Part shown: positions 63,559 through 64,000 of the stretch, in pieces
Numbering within the stretch: position 1 is the first letter of the stretch
How the letters are laid out: every line of letters starts with the position of its first letter
IMG/VR virus record: IMGVR_UViG_3300025364_000003
Location: 142,529 to 206,528 of that record
Length of the DNA: 64,000 nucleotides
Reading direction: 5' to 3' (one strand)
Translations under genes and position numbers: made by a program
Notes under the pieces: generated by a model
The model's input: the letters and a program-made list of their open reading frames with translations, nothing else
Told to the model about the DNA's origin: nothing
Database searches by the model: none

Positions 63559-64000
63559 CTAAAACAATTCACTAGCAATTAAACATCCACGAGATACTGC
63601 ACGAAGAGGATCTTCTGCATGGCGAACCTCTTTTAGCTCAACAGGGAAATTGTTTTCTTTAAGTTTCTTCTCAAGCATGTCGACAAATCCCTTTGCTTTT
63701 GAAGTGCCACCAGCCACAACAACTGGAAGTGGGTCTTTGAACTTTGGAAGTGCTGAAGAAACTGACAAATGTGCAGCTAACTGTTTTGTAGTGTAATCAA
63801 TCAAACGAACGTAGCTTGCAGCTACAGCCTCAAGAACCTGATTTTCGTTAGCTTGACCAATAGTAAACTCGCCGTTTTCTTTTTCGGCCTGCACGATAGA
63901 ATCTGGCTCTCCGGTTGCAACTGCTGCCATACGATCAATCCAGTCACCAGAACGGGTTGTTGAGAAGGTAAGCACTGGTTCGCCATTCAACATTACGCAG
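63559..64000 (-). CDS. Actin-like ATPase (MreB/ParM/FtsA/Hsp70 fold), C-terminal part; frame is open past the right edge
   Basis: RSGDWID, VVVAGGTS (adenosine motif), EDPLRAVSRGCL (connect-2); no stop between 63993 and 64000. Confidence 0.75.
   Translation of the reverse strand, partial: CVMLNGEPVLTFSTTRSGDWIDRMAAVATGEPDSIVQAEKENGEFTIGQANENQVLEAVAASYVRLIDYTTKQLAAHLSVSSALPKFKDPLPVVVAGGTSKAKGFVDMLEKKLKENNFPVELKEVRHAEDPLRAVSRGCLIASELF

Larger units (their letters stand above)
1..64000. mobile_element. Segment of a T4-like jumbo/huge myophage genome (virion morphogenesis region plus auxiliary genes)
   Basis: Co-occurrence of gp23-like capsid, scaffold, two sheaths, tube, neck/head-completion genes, PhoH and homing endonucleases. 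Dense coding; no bacterial housekeeping operons. Confidence 0.95.

Noticed and set aside
1-64000. Amber-recoded genetic code (TAG read as Gln)
   Set aside because: Only one clearly interrupting in-frame TAG (29235). TAG ends apparently complete genes (28300, 31598, 16858), and long genes are intact under code 11.
1-64000. tRNA, rRNA or CRISPR arrays
   Set aside because: No cloverleaf, rRNA-like tract or repeat-spacer array was seen in the short intergenic regions; a tRNAscan/Infernal run is needed to exclude weak cases.

Overview
The window is a segment of a large lytic tailed-phage genome of the T4-like jumbo/huge myophage type. It is not a bacterial chromosome. It carries most of the virion module: scaffold (46222-48483), gp23-like major capsid protein (48539-50461), two tandem ~1000-aa tail sheath genes (36858-43003), tail tube (57057-57548), neck/head-completion genes (gp13-, gp14-, gp15-, gp4-like), a 1463-aa repeat-rich fibre and several Ser/Gly/Thr-rich structural proteins. 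Auxiliary genes include PIN-PhoH, a degenerate GroEL-like chaperonin, HSP20, a RuvC-like nuclease, an adenine MTase, a matrixin lipoprotein, an Hc1-like protein and an actin-like ATPase. There are three intact free-standing homing endonucleases and one relic. The most striking pattern is a set of short recurrent amphipathic peptides, mostly N-terminal and ending in L-x-E. One family (RWxxLAG[LIV]) is shared with the extreme C-terminus of the scaffold protein. These peptides are attached to unrelated enzymes: three tandem kinase-fold paralogs, ADP-ribosyltransferase-like domains, a HAD phosphatase and a Dps-like domain. This suggests a leader-addressed set of enzymes packaged into the capsid (inference). 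Also found by hand and missing from the ORF track: a 34-aa peptide with 10 Cys, a probable ATC start codon, a candidate late-promoter heptamer CTA(A/C/T)TTA, an RBS-sequestering hairpin, a diverged copy of the capsid-gene 3' end, and several accessory genes split by single lesions, including a 2H phosphoesterase. No tRNA, rRNA or CRISPR array was recognised. All family calls come from motif recognition by eye; no database search was run.
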